The notes under the pieces were generated by a model, which saw only the letters and a program-made list of their open reading frames with translations, searched no databases and had not been told where the DNA came from. A DNA stretch of 45,551 nt from an uncultured Gammaproteobacteria bacterium (GTDB taxonomy: Bacteria; Patescibacteriota; Patescibacteriia; Magasanikbacterales; UBA922): the NCBI GenBank assembly GCA_964603435.1, contig CAZRUM010000002.1:1-45551 (forward strand), in the 5' to 3' direction. Below are positions 24,371-33,712 of the stretch, piece by piece; positions within the stretch are counted from its first letter, which is position 1, and each line of letters begins with the position of its first letter. The position numbers were made by a program, and so were the translations under genes.

Positions 24371-26548
24371 TTAATTCAGCAAATATTCATAAACCCAAAC
24401 TCTACCTTCGTAAAGTTCCCACCAGTTGTCAGCTTCTAGTTTGGCGGCATCACGAATCTCAGCTGCAGGAGCCCAGTAGTTTGTATGAACAAAATAAGCT
24501 TTCTTGACTCCGGCAAATTGCATGGCCTCTACCATCCATTTCTTTAAAGGTTCTTCGTAAACCATCTTGCGGAAGTATTGATAAAATGGACCACCAGTTG
24601 GAATAGAATAAAAATACTGTGGACCTTGTAAGGTTTCGTGATATTTTGCAAAGCTAAATTCGTGTAGAGCGGCTGTAGCAATAGTTTGATTTGTTAGAAC
24701 AATATAGTCTTTCTTACCTTCGTTGCGTTTATCAATTGTTCGGACTGTACCAATATCAGCTGCGCGAATATTAAAGCCTGTGTAGTAGGAGATAGTGTCG
24801 CGAGTAGGATAAGTAAAAAACCAAGAGATAAGAAGTAGGGCAGAAAATACTATGGCAATTAGGAATTGTCTGCCTGATTGTTTTTTTATTAAAATAAAAA
24901 GTTGGCGTAAGGCTAAGACAAAAAAAGGAATCATTAATATCAAACCCAAGTCTAGTAGGCGAGTGCCGTAGAGTCTTTGGTCGTAGGAAATGACGTTGGC
25001 AAATTTTACTGAAGTGATAAGAATAAAACTAGATAAAATTAAACCGAGAACTGTTGTTAGCCAAAAGCCGAGGTTTTTTAGTTTTAGTTTTTTGTAAGCA
25101 ATAAAAATTCCCAAAATTATTACGACAACGCAGAGTGGTTTTATAAAGTCGCGATAATAATATAAAATTTGCAAAGGTAGTTCGCCTTTTTCTATAAAAA
25201 TATAATGAGGGCGTTTGAAAATTACTAAGAAGTTATTTATATTTGCAACGAAGCTGTGAAAGGTGATAGAACCAGCTTGTCTTAGAGAATTGAGATAGAG
25301 TGTGGCTGGGACTGTTAGTGTTAAAATAATAAAATAGAGTGGGTAAAAAATAGCACGGAATTTTTTCTTGGCAAATAAAATAGAACCTAAATAAATCACA
25401 GTCATGGGTAGTCCAATGAAAGGGTGAATAGCACAGGTGGTGAAAACTAAAATCCAACCAAACATGTTAGTTCTAAAATCGCCAAATTTATCCCGCACCA
25501 CAAGGGTGCAGGACTCGTCCTGTATTGTAGGGGTACCGGATTCGTACCAAATCCACATACCTATTACAAAAGCCATAAGTAAGGCAAAGTTGTTTGGTGT
25601 GGTAACAATAAAAAAACTAAGTGGGATGAGGGGGATAAGAGCGAGAGCGGGGATTAGCTTGTATTTAAAATCTAACCTAGATAAAGAAAAATAACTGACG
25701 GCTGGTAGTAATATTCCAGCGCCTATTGGTACAATGATTTTATCTAGATTATAAATTGAAATTTTTGTAAGTAGACTGCCGGCAACGACTAGAACATATT
25801 GTCCTATATAGTAGGGAACTTTTGGTAGAATAGAACCGTTTTCTAGAATCCATTTTTCTGTGGCTTGGTGGATATGCATGTCAAAACCAAAACCGTATTT
25901 GAAAATAATAAGCGCTACACTCAGCATCAGAATATTGTGCGTAGTTAGAATTAACAAATTGGAAGGTGAATGTTTTGATTTTTGTAAAACCCAGAGTAGT
26001 AGTAGGGTGATTATAGCAAAGAAGATAAAAAATCTTGACCCCATAATAGTCCAAGGGGAGATGAGGGTGTCAGAAAAACGCCGTCCAATGAGAACAGAAA
26101 ACATCATTAGTTGTCCGACTAAAATTATCAAGACAAATATTTTGGTTGATAAATAAGATTTTATGTAGGCATAGGACTCTAGATCAATTTCTGTTTCTAC
26201 ATTTTCAAAAATATCTTTTTCTTGCGTTTTGTGGAAAGCAAAAATTATCGGTGGAATTATAAGTACGGCAGTGACGATGTTTATATTTATTTCATAAAAC
26301 CAATAGACACCTGAAAGAATAATTATTCCTAGACCTGCTAGAGCCAAACTACCAAACAAAATTTGCCAGATACGTTTTTCTGTGGGCAAAATTTGACCAC
26401 CAGCATAGTAGCCAAAGAAAAATAAATAAAACAGAGTAAAAAATGTACTCCAAATAGGGTTGGTCATTTCACGCAAACCAAAAATTGCCAGTATTGTAAT
26501 TAAACTGCCAAAAATGATATACTTGCCATTGTTAACTAGTCTTTGCAT
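24371..26548 (-). CDS. very large polytopic membrane protein (at least 14 predicted TM helices), possibly a GT-C-type glycosyltransferase or polymerase. Function not recognised.
   Basis: 725 aa, almost entirely hydrophobic helices with a soluble C-terminal domain of about 90 aa; located in the glycan locus. Confidence 0.5.
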   Translation of the reverse strand: MQRLVNNGKYIIFGSLITILAIFGLREMTNPIWSTFFTLFYLFFFGYYAGGQILPTEKRIWQILFGSLALAGLGIIILSGVYWFYEININIVTAVLIIPPIIFAFHKTQEKDIFENVETEIDLESYAYIKSYLSTKIFVLIILVGQLMMFSVLIGRRFSDTLISPWTIMGSRFFIFFAIITLLLLWVLQKSKHSPSNLLILTTHNILMLSVALIIFKYGFGFDMHIHQATEKWILENGSILPKVPYYIGQYVLVVAGSLLTKISIYNLDKIIVPIGAGILLPAVSYFSLSRLDFKYKLIPALALIPLIPLSFFIVTTPNNFALLMAFVIGMWIWYESGTPTIQDESCTLVVRDKFGDFRTNMFGWILVFTTCAIHPFIGLPMTVIYLGSILFAKKKFRAIFYPLYFIILTLTVPATLYLNSLRQAGSITFHSFVANINNFLVIFKRPHYIFIEKGELPLQILYYYRDFIKPLCVVVIILGIFIAYKKLKLKNLGFWLTTVLGLILSSFILITSVKFANVISYDQRLYGTRLLDLGLILMIPFFVLALRQLFILIKKQSGRQFLIAIVFSALLLISWFFTYPTRDTISYYTGFNIRAADIGTVRTIDKRNEGKKDYIVLTNQTIATAALHEFSFAKYHETLQGPQYFYSIPTGGPFYQYFRKMVYEEPLKKWMVEAMQFAGVKKAYFVHTNYWAPAAEIRDAAKLEADNWWELYEGRVWVYEYLLN

Positions 26549-26594
26549 AGTCCTTTTATCTATCCTCTTCTAATACTAAGATTATAACAGAAAT

Positions 26595-27221
26595 ATGGGC
26601 AGAATCAAATATTTCGTGGAAAAACATCCAAAATTGTTTGAATATTTAAAAAGTGAAGAAATACATCCGCACGATCATTTCATGGCGCGGACTTTTTTGA
26701 AATTGGTTCCAGAGTCTGTTTCACCAAATCAAGTGACAGCTTTTCGTATAGTTATGACACCAATTGTTTTTCTTTTGGTTTTGTCAGTACAATATAAACT
26801 AGGGGTTATAATGTTTATATTGGTAGCTTTTACAGATGTGATAGACGGTTCCTTGGCAAGAACAAGAAGTAAGATTACACGCTTTGGTATGATGTTTGAT
26901 CCTTTGGCTGATAAACTTTTGATTGGGTCAATGGTGATTTTGTTGGTTTTTAAGTATTTTAATTTTTATTTAGGTTTGGCAATTTTGGGACTTGAGATTA
27001 CTTTTATTGTTGTCAGTGCTCTGTCAGTCAAATATAAATTTAAAACAGTAAAGATGGCAAACCTTTGGGGGAAGATAAAGATGTTTTTGCAGGTTCTGGC
27101 GGTTTCGGTTACCTTATTGGCTTTAGTATTAGATATTCCTTATTTACTTACAATTGCTTCTGGTATTTTTGGTCTGGCAGTTGGGTTTGCAATAATAAGT
27201 TTGTTTACTTACGGAATATAA
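26595..27221 (+). CDS. CDP-alcohol phosphatidyltransferase family protein, native AT-rich copy
   Basis: 208 aa; DVIDGSLARTRSKITRFGMMFDPLADK matches D-G-x2-A-R-x8-G-x3-D-x3-D. Confidence 0.75.
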   Translation: MGRIKYFVEKHPKLFEYLKSEEIHPHDHFMARTFLKLVPESVSPNQVTAFRIVMTPIVFLLVLSVQYKLGVIMFILVAFTDVIDGSLARTRSKITRFGMMFDPLADKLLIGSMVILLVFKYFNFYLGLAILGLEITFIVVSALSVKYKFKTVKMANLWGKIKMFLQVLAVSVTLLALVLDIPYLLTIASGIFGLAVGFAIISLFTYGI

Positions 27222-27332
27222 TTAAACATACTAAATACAAAAAGTACAAAAATACAGACAAAAAGAAGTAGATACAAAATAAATAGTTATTGTCTTTAAA
27301 AAAGAAGGAACCTCGCCGGAGTGGGCGAGGTG

Positions 27333-28124
27333 TTAGGCGGGGTTGTGTTGCTTCAGCTTGCTGAGCAAGCTTTTGTGAGCAAAGGGAATCGCGAGAATCA
27401 GGCAGGTAAGACCTACCCAGAAACTCCACGATGAAAGAGCGGGAAGGGCAAGGATGAGACCGCCGAGTCCTATCATCTCCAGTGCCATTTTCAACTTTCC
27501 AGAACCTTTCGCACGGAGATCAAGACTGTTACCATTACCTTCGTAATGATTGTAGTAGTAGTCATGGACTCGAACAATGCCTAGCACTACTTCGTAGCAG
27601 AGAAGACAGAGTGTTGCGAATCCGCTGGTGAGCAGTAGGGTCGAGGATGTTTCGGTGTACTGTGCCATAAGAGCAACAATAACCAAAACGAGAAAGAAGT
27701 AGAACTTGTCACAAAAGGCATCTAAAAAAGCTCCTAGATCTTTATCATCCTTGTAGCCGAGTTCTTCGTGTGCAGTAGCTACTAGTCCATCGACAAAGTC
27801 GAGAATGCCCCCAACGACATAGATCCAGAAGCCTGGTAAAATCAGATCTTCATAGAGAAGTACTCCGATTGGAAAGACTAACAAGGTTCGAAAAATGGTT
27901 ACGACGTTGGCCGTGATGAAGAATACTCTTTCTCGCCCTTTTAGATCCTTTTCCTTCAACCTCTTCGGAAGAAGATTGAGTACTCGGGTGGGTATGAGCC
28001 AGACAGGGAAATGTCTAGGGAAGAGAACTTTGGCTACTGGCATCAGCTTCTTGCGAAGCTCAGTGTAGAATTGAGAAAACCAACCAAGAACTATTCCAAG
28101 AGCTATTGAGATCATTGAGTTCAT
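27333..28124 (-). CDS. CDP-alcohol phosphatidyltransferase family protein, GC-rich copy. Start is probably the ATG at 28124, 8 nt after AAGAGG; the ORF extends to GTG 28133.
   Basis: DFVDGLVATAHEELGYKDDKDLGAFLDAFCDK motif, multiple TM segments, GC-rich codon usage. The N-terminus carries a tandem 9-nt duplication (MNSMNSM). Confidence 0.65.
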   Translation of the reverse strand: MNSMISIALGIVLGWFSQFYTELRKKLMPVAKVLFPRHFPVWLIPTRVLNLLPKRLKEKDLKGRERVFFITANVVTIFRTLLVFPIGVLLYEDLILPGFWIYVVGGILDFVDGLVATAHEELGYKDDKDLGAFLDAFCDKFYFFLVLVIVALMAQYTETSSTLLLTSGFATLCLLCYEVVLGIVRVHDYYYNHYEGNGNSLDLRAKGSGKLKMALEMIGLGGLILALPALSSWSFWVGLTCLILAIPFAHKSLLSKLKQHNPA

Positions 28125-28166
28125 TGAGTTCACCTCTTATATCTGAGCCTCGTAGAGGCGATTTGT

Positions 28167-30476
28167 GTGCCTGGTCAAAGAACGATAATGAATCCTAACA
28201 ATATTATAAATACAAGTCAAGCTATGAATTTATTAAAAAAACAATTAAATTTAATATTAGTGTTAATCACATTGTTATTTTTGCATTTTAATTTAATAGA
28301 TTTACAGAGTAGGTTTTTTGGTTGGGTGTTGTTTGTTGTTTTTATAATTCTTACTGGAAAGTGGTGGCAAGAGATCTTGCGAAGAGTTTTTAGTTTTAAT
28401 AGTAAAACTTTTCTTAATAAAATATTTTCTTGGTTTTCAGTTTTTACCTTGTTAGGACTTTTTAGTTCCGTCGCCTTGGTTTTTTATCGTCTGACCGATT
28501 TGGTAGTCTGGGGAGTTTATTTGTTAGTAGCCCTATTTAGCTTTTTGCTGTATGTCCGTGTAAAAAAATGTCGGATACGTAATAAAGAAAACTTTTCTCC
28601 AGAGTCCAATAAAAATTTTATTTTGTTTGGTAGTAGTCTAACAATATTTTTAGTTTACATTTCTTTGTGGATGGTTGGATTATTTTTACTTTATAAATCA
28701 ACTTCTACTGGGGTTCTAATGTCACCATGGCAAACTATTTCAGAATACTTTTTACCAGTATTTTTTGTCCTTACCTTGCTCTCTGGTTTGTTTTTATTTA
28801 GTAAATACAAAAGCAAGGTAATTTTGTTTATCTTTATTTTGCAATCAATTTTAATTCATCTTTATCTTCCAATGTCACATGAAATGCCATGGGGAGGAGA
28901 TGTCTGGCGTCACTTGGCTGTGGAAAATAAACTGGTACAGGAAGAATATGTTTTGCCAGTATTGGTAGGAGAGGAAGCTACTTGGAGAGAAGTTATCGGA
29001 GTAGATTTACCAGAAATATTTTTGACGCCACATAAATATAGCTATGGACAGCTCTGGGGTACCAGTGTTTTGCTTTCAAAAACTTTGCGGGTTGATTTAT
29101 TACAAATCAATCGTTGGCTCGTGCCAATTTTGTGGAGTCTGGTTATGCCTTTTATTTTATTTAGACTAGGTTGGATGTTATTTGGTTCAAAGCGACGTGG
29201 GCTGTGGTTAGTCTGGGTGTCTAGTTTCACTTTCCCTTTTCAGGTTTTGGGAGCGATTAGTTTGCCAGTCGCCTTAGGTTCAATTTTATTTTTATTTAGT
29301 CTAATGCTTTGGTTGCAATATTTGCGTGATAAAAATAAGTGGCAAAGAAATTTGGTTTTGGTGTTGGGTCTTCTGATGTTATTTGGTTATTCACTTCACT
29401 TTATTTTGTTTTGGTTGGTAGTTGTGATTTCTTGTTTAGTAAAACTTGCCATATCCAAAACACCAGCCATTCCACATATTAAAAAGATTTTTAAAATTAA
29501 GTCCGTTGTATTTAATTACGTTTCAATTATAGGTTTGATGATTGTGGCTATATTTGTTTTGCCCGCCATTGAAGTTTGGAGGAATATTAGTTTTATGCCA
29601 GACAGTATTGCTTGGTGGCAGAATTTTAAACAATTGATTGGGCAGCTAACAGGTTGGTTTTATGCTGCGTCTATTCGTCCGCATGATATCTTGAGTAATA
29701 ATTTTATTTTCAATCATACACCAGACTACGCTTTTGTTAGTAATATTTTTAATACTTGGCGCTGGTGGCTAGTACCTATAATGATTGTCATAATAATTTT
29801 GACAAAATATTCTGCTTTTAAAATTTTGCATAGTAAAAATAATTTACTTCATAAAGTTTTATTAGTTTTTACTAGTATGACGTTTGGTGGGTATATGATT
29901 GGTTGGTTTGTGTTAGAAGGGGATAGACTTCTTACTAGGCGTTTGGATTTGTTATTGGCATTTTCATTTGTTGTATTTGTTATTTTGGCTTTACAAAACT
30001 TTTTAGAAAAAACAAAGCTTAAAAAAATATATTTACGTATTTTAGTTTTACTTTGTGTGATTATTTTTTCTTGGTTTGGTACCTTTACTTATGCTTCTGG
30101 TCCAGATATGAGGGTTATGTCAAACGCTGAGTATGAAGTTGCAGGGCATATTTTACAAACAGAATCTGATTGTGTGTTGGCTGATACTTACGTCCTATTA
30201 TCTTTAGAAGCCTTATCAGGTGGAGCAATCGTCGGCGGAGGATTTCCTATAGACTATCAGTTTGGCCAAAAAGAAAGAGTTAAATTATTTAATAAATTAA
30301 CAGATAATCCAGAAGACGGCGATTTGATAAAAGCTAAAGAATTAACTAATTCCGAGAGTTGTATCTTTGTACAAAAGAGCGAGTTGTTTTCTGAAGAAAA
30401 AATTGATAAACTAAACAAGATCTTTGATACAGAGCCTACTCTGTTTAACGGGTTCTTTATTTATTTAAATAACTAA
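28167..30476 (+). CDS. very large polytopic membrane protein (at least 15 TM), putative GT-C-like glycosyltransferase or polymerase. Function not recognised.
   Basis: 769 aa; long hydrophobic helices; periplasmic-loop motif HEMPWGGDVWRH; soluble C-terminal domain. Confidence 0.5.
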   Translation: MPGQRTIMNPNNIINTSQAMNLLKKQLNLILVLITLLFLHFNLIDLQSRFFGWVLFVVFIILTGKWWQEILRRVFSFNSKTFLNKIFSWFSVFTLLGLFSSVALVFYRLTDLVVWGVYLLVALFSFLLYVRVKKCRIRNKENFSPESNKNFILFGSSLTIFLVYISLWMVGLFLLYKSTSTGVLMSPWQTISEYFLPVFFVLTLLSGLFLFSKYKSKVILFIFILQSILIHLYLPMSHEMPWGGDVWRHLAVENKLVQEEYVLPVLVGEEATWREVIGVDLPEIFLTPHKYSYGQLWGTSVLLSKTLRVDLLQINRWLVPILWSLVMPFILFRLGWMLFGSKRRGLWLVWVSSFTFPFQVLGAISLPVALGSILFLFSLMLWLQYLRDKNKWQRNLVLVLGLLMLFGYSLHFILFWLVVVISCLVKLAISKTPAIPHIKKIFKIKSVVFNYVSIIGLMIVAIFVLPAIEVWRNISFMPDSIAWWQNFKQLIGQLTGWFYAASIRPHDILSNNFIFNHTPDYAFVSNIFNTWRWWLVPIMIVIIILTKYSAFKILHSKNNLLHKVLLVFTSMTFGGYMIGWFVLEGDRLLTRRLDLLLAFSFVVFVILALQNFLEKTKLKKIYLRILVLLCVIIFSWFGTFTYASGPDMRVMSNAEYEVAGHILQTESDCVLADTYVLLSLEALSGGAIVGGGFPIDYQFGQKERVKLFNKLTDNPEDGDLIKAKELTNSESCIFVQKSELFSEEKIDKLNKIFDTEPTLFNGFFIYLNN

Positions 30477-30480
30477 TAAT

Positions 30481-30885
30481 ATGGAAGACTGTATTTTTTG
30501 TAAAATTACAAAAGGAGAAATACCAAACTATACTGTGTATGAGGATGAAAAAGTTTTGGCTTTTTTGGATATTTATCCGCATTCAAAGGGTCACACAGTG
30601 GTAATTCCAAAAGTTCATGCTGAGACAATTTTTGATTTGAATGAAGATTTGCTGGAGCATATAACTCTTGGTCTAAAAAGAACAATGGAGGGTATTGACA
30701 GTGTATTGCAGCCAGATGGATTTAACGTTGGTTGGAACCACGGAGAAAAGGCTGGTCAAGTCGTGCCACATCTTCATATTCACATCATACCTCGCTATGA
30801 TGGTGATGGTGGAGGAAGTATACATTCTATTATAAAAAATCCTGGTAGTAAGTCAGTCGAAGAAATTCATAATTTATTTAAATAA
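30481..30885 (+). CDS. HIT-family (histidine triad) nucleotide hydrolase or transferase
   Basis: 134 aa; HLHIHIIPR histidine triad; CIFCKI N-terminus. Confidence 0.85.
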   Translation: MEDCIFCKITKGEIPNYTVYEDEKVLAFLDIYPHSKGHTVVIPKVHAETIFDLNEDLLEHITLGLKRTMEGIDSVLQPDGFNVGWNHGEKAGQVVPHLHIHIIPRYDGDGGGSIHSIIKNPGSKSVEEIHNLFK

Positions 30886-30973
30886 TTCACATTCTAATTA
30901 CGAATCAGTACGAATTTTCGAATTTCGAAATTTCGAACCACGAAGTGGATTTCGTAATTCGAATGTATATATT

Positions 30974-31531
30974 ATGCCGAAACATCTAAAAAAACTTAGT
31001 GAGGAGATAATTAATAAAAATCCTTGGTGGACTTACAAACATGATACTTATGAAAAGCCAAATGGCGAGGTAGGGGATTATTATTATGGTGAGACTCCGG
31101 GTAATGCTATGATAGTGCCAATTTTGGATGACGGTAGGATGGTTTTGATTTTACAGCAAAGATATTTAAGAGAAAAACAAAGTATAGAGTTTCCTTGTGG
31201 TGGCACTGTATTAGGTGAGTCTGCTTTGGAAACTGCTAAAAAGGAATTACTTCAAGAAGCGGGTTGTATTGCTGATGAATATATTAAGATAGGTGAATTT
31301 GAAGGATTGAATGGTCTTTGCAAAGATATGTGTAGTGTTTTTTTGGCATATGTGGAAGAACAAAAAGAACAAAATCTTGATGATACAGAAGAAATTGAAA
31401 TAATTTATCGTCGTCCAGATGAAATAGATCAGATGATTAAAAAAAATGAAATTTGGGATGGGCAAACTATGGCAGCTTGGGCTATGGTCCATCACGAATT
31501 TTTACATAAAGAAAAATATGACACAAACTAA
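30974..31531 (+). CDS. NUDIX hydrolase
   Basis: 185 aa; Nudix-box-like GGTVLGESALETAKKELLQEAG. Confidence 0.7.
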   Translation: MPKHLKKLSEEIINKNPWWTYKHDTYEKPNGEVGDYYYGETPGNAMIVPILDDGRMVLILQQRYLREKQSIEFPCGGTVLGESALETAKKELLQEAGCIADEYIKIGEFEGLNGLCKDMCSVFLAYVEEQKEQNLDDTEEIEIIYRRPDEIDQMIKKNEIWDGQTMAAWAMVHHEFLHKEKYDTN

Positions 31532-31910
31532 CACAAATTTTATAAATACTTTTGGTTTTATTCGTGATAATAGTAAAGAAGGTCGTACACTTGAACATGT
31601 CAAAGTTGGTAAAATTTATGTTTCTCGTTTAGTTATTCAATCAGGTCAGATTACGGGTAATTATTATCATAAAAAAACTAGTTCTCTAATTATGGTAGAG
31701 GCCGGTAAAGTACAGATGAAGTATGTACAAGTAAATACTAAAGAAGAAAAAGAAATTATTTTGACTCCGAGTGGTGGTTTAATTAACGTACCACCTTATG
31801 TGGCTTTTTCTCGTCGTAATATTGGGACTGGTCCAGCCGTAGTTATAATTTTTTCTGATGCTCCTATACGTGAGGGAGATGATTTTGAGTTCGAGGTGTA
31901 TAAAGATTAG
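31518..31910 (+). CDS. WxcM/FdtA-like cupin (putative dTDP-4-keto-6-deoxy-sugar 3,4-ketoisomerase family). The ATG at 31518 is chosen within the longer ORF 31446..31910.
   Basis: About 130 aa; single cupin barrel with GNYYHKK…LIMVEAGKV; similar to the second cupin at 34979. Confidence 0.55.
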   Translation: MTQTNTNFINTFGFIRDNSKEGRTLEHVKVGKIYVSRLVIQSGQITGNYYHKKTSSLIMVEAGKVQMKYVQVNTKEEKEIILTPSGGLINVPPYVAFSRRNIGTGPAVVIIFSDAPIREGDDFEFEVYKD

Positions 31911-31937
31911 AAAATATTTTTTAGATAAAATAACTCT

Positions 31938-31968
31938 TGCCATAGGGTTGTTTTTTGTTGTATAATGG
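31938..31968 (+). promoter_or_regulatory. promoter (TTGCCA, 18-nt spacer, TATAAT) upstream of the GC-rich small-protein pair
   Basis: Sequence ttgccatagggttgttttttgttgtataat. Confidence 0.4.
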
Positions 31969-31997
31969 AAATGAAAACAATCGGAAAGGAGGGGGAT

Positions 31998-32225
31998 ATG
32001 AAAAGAGATGAAATTACATCTCTTGGTAATGTTCGTTTTAGCCATCTCCTTCCGGAGTTGATTGCTAGAGCACAGGCAGGCTCCGAAGAGAAGGGTTTTT
32101 CAGACCAAGAACACGCGTGGTGGGAGATGAGAGCCCAGACGTTGAGTTCTTGGGATGGGGAGACCTTCCGTAGGAGAAGGCAACCATTTCTTCGGATTGT
32201 GAATACAAGCGACACTGGAAGGTGA
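31998..32225 (+). CDS. hypothetical 75-aa protein, GC-rich
   Basis: SD AAGGAGGGGG 4 nt upstream of the ATG; GC-rich codon usage. Confidence 0.45.
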   Translation: MKRDEITSLGNVRFSHLLPELIARAQAGSEEKGFSDQEHAWWEMRAQTLSSWDGETFRRRRQPFLRIVNTSDTGR

Positions 32226-32235
32226 GGAGGACAGT

Positions 32236-32445
32236 ATGACCACTTTGTTGAGTGACCATGCAAACGTAATGGTCAAAGGGTGCGAAGATCGCCTGCGTCA
32301 AGCTAGTCCTGGCTCGACCGAAGCTGCTCATCGTCAGGAGTTGCTTTCTGTCGCCCGAGGCTTTCGAGGAGGAATCCATCTCGATTTCGATGTTTCTGAA
32401 ATGGAACGTCAGAACCGAAGGTCGCGACGTGGTCTCATTTCGTAA
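32236..32445 (+). CDS. hypothetical 69-aa protein, GC-rich
   Basis: SD GGTGAGGAGG 5 nt upstream of the ATG; starts 10 nt after the previous ORF. Confidence 0.45.
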   Translation: MTTLLSDHANVMVKGCEDRLRQASPGSTEAAHRQELLSVARGFRGGIHLDFDVSEMERQNRRSRRGLIS

Positions 32446-32587
32446 GCCGTTTTTTCACAAGGAGTTCCCCCGAACCCACAAGTTCGGAGGAGGTACAAAG
32501 TAGTTCTTTAATAGGACTATTTTTTTGTTTTACAAATTAGAGAAATTTTGCTAATATATAGATATAATTTCTTATAAAAAAATAAAT

Positions 32588-33661
32588 ATGAGTCAATCAA
32601 TTTTAGATAATTTGGTAAAAATCAAACAACTTGATTCACAAAATATGTTGGGAAGCCTTCAGCTTTTGTCAGCCCAAGTAGAGCAAATTTATAATACTGC
32701 TCGTGAATTAAAAATCCCTGCCAACTACAAAAATATAAATAATGTTGTAGTTCTTGGGATGGGTGGTTCAGCTATTGGTACTCATGTGGTAAAGACTTTG
32801 TTTGCTGATGAACTAAAAGTACCAGTAGAAATTATCAATGATTATAAATTACCAAAATTTGTAAATAATAAATCTTTAGTACTCGCTTCCAGTTATTCTG
32901 GAAATACAGAAGAAGTTGTGGAAGCTGTGAAGCAGGCAAAAATAAAGAAAGCTAAAATATTAGTAATTTCTGCTGGTGGAAAGTTAAAAGCTTTCGCTAA
33001 AAGAAATAAATTACCAGCTTTGATTTTTACTACAGAAAATAATCCCTGTGGTTCACCGCGTATGGGATTGGGTTATTCTATTTTTGGTCAACTGATTTTA
33101 TTTTCTAAAGTCGGTTTATTAAAAATAAGTCAAACAAAAATAAAAGAAGTTGTAAAAATTTTGGCGTATTACGATGGGCTATTTGGTGCACTGACTCCTA
33201 CCAAAGAAAACTTAGCCAAGCAGTTAGCAAAACTTACAATTGATAAAAATGTTTTTTATGTCGGTTCTGAGCACCTACTCGGTAATGTGCATATTGCTGC
33301 TAACCAAATGAATGAAAATGCTAAGCGTATGGCAGGTTATTTTGCCCTGCCAGAATTAAATCATCATTTGCTAGAAGGCATGGTAAATCCAAAAAATAAT
33401 AAAACAAACTTGTTTTTTATTATGATATTGTCAGATTTGTATGGTATTAGAGTTCAGAAACGCTATGGTATTACTAGTAAAGTTTTTGACAGGCAAGGTA
33501 TCAAACACCAGACTTATAAATTACAAGAAAAAGATAAACTGATGCAAGCGTGTGAGATTTTGGTTTTGGGTAGTTATATTAGTTATTATTCTGCCTTGTT
33601 AAAAAATATTGATCCAACAGATATTCCTTTTGTTGATTATTTCAAAGTGCAGATGAAATAG
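32588..33661 (+). CDS. bifunctional phosphoglucose/phosphomannose isomerase (SIS domain, PGI/PMI type)
   Basis: 357 aa; SIS motifs VVLGMGGSAIG and LASSYSGNTEE; PGI/PMI-family length. Confidence 0.7.
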   Translation: MSQSILDNLVKIKQLDSQNMLGSLQLLSAQVEQIYNTARELKIPANYKNINNVVVLGMGGSAIGTHVVKTLFADELKVPVEIINDYKLPKFVNNKSLVLASSYSGNTEEVVEAVKQAKIKKAKILVISAGGKLKAFAKRNKLPALIFTTENNPCGSPRMGLGYSIFGQLILFSKVGLLKISQTKIKEVVKILAYYDGLFGALTPTKENLAKQLAKLTIDKNVFYVGSEHLLGNVHIAANQMNENAKRMAGYFALPELNHHLLEGMVNPKNNKTNLFFIMILSDLYGIRVQKRYGITSKVFDRQGIKHQTYKLQEKDKLMQACEILVLGSYISYYSALLKNIDPTDIPFVDYFKVQMK

Positions 33662-33712
33662 TGGACAAATTTTTATAAATATTGTAAGATTAGGTAAATT
33701 AAACATCAAACT

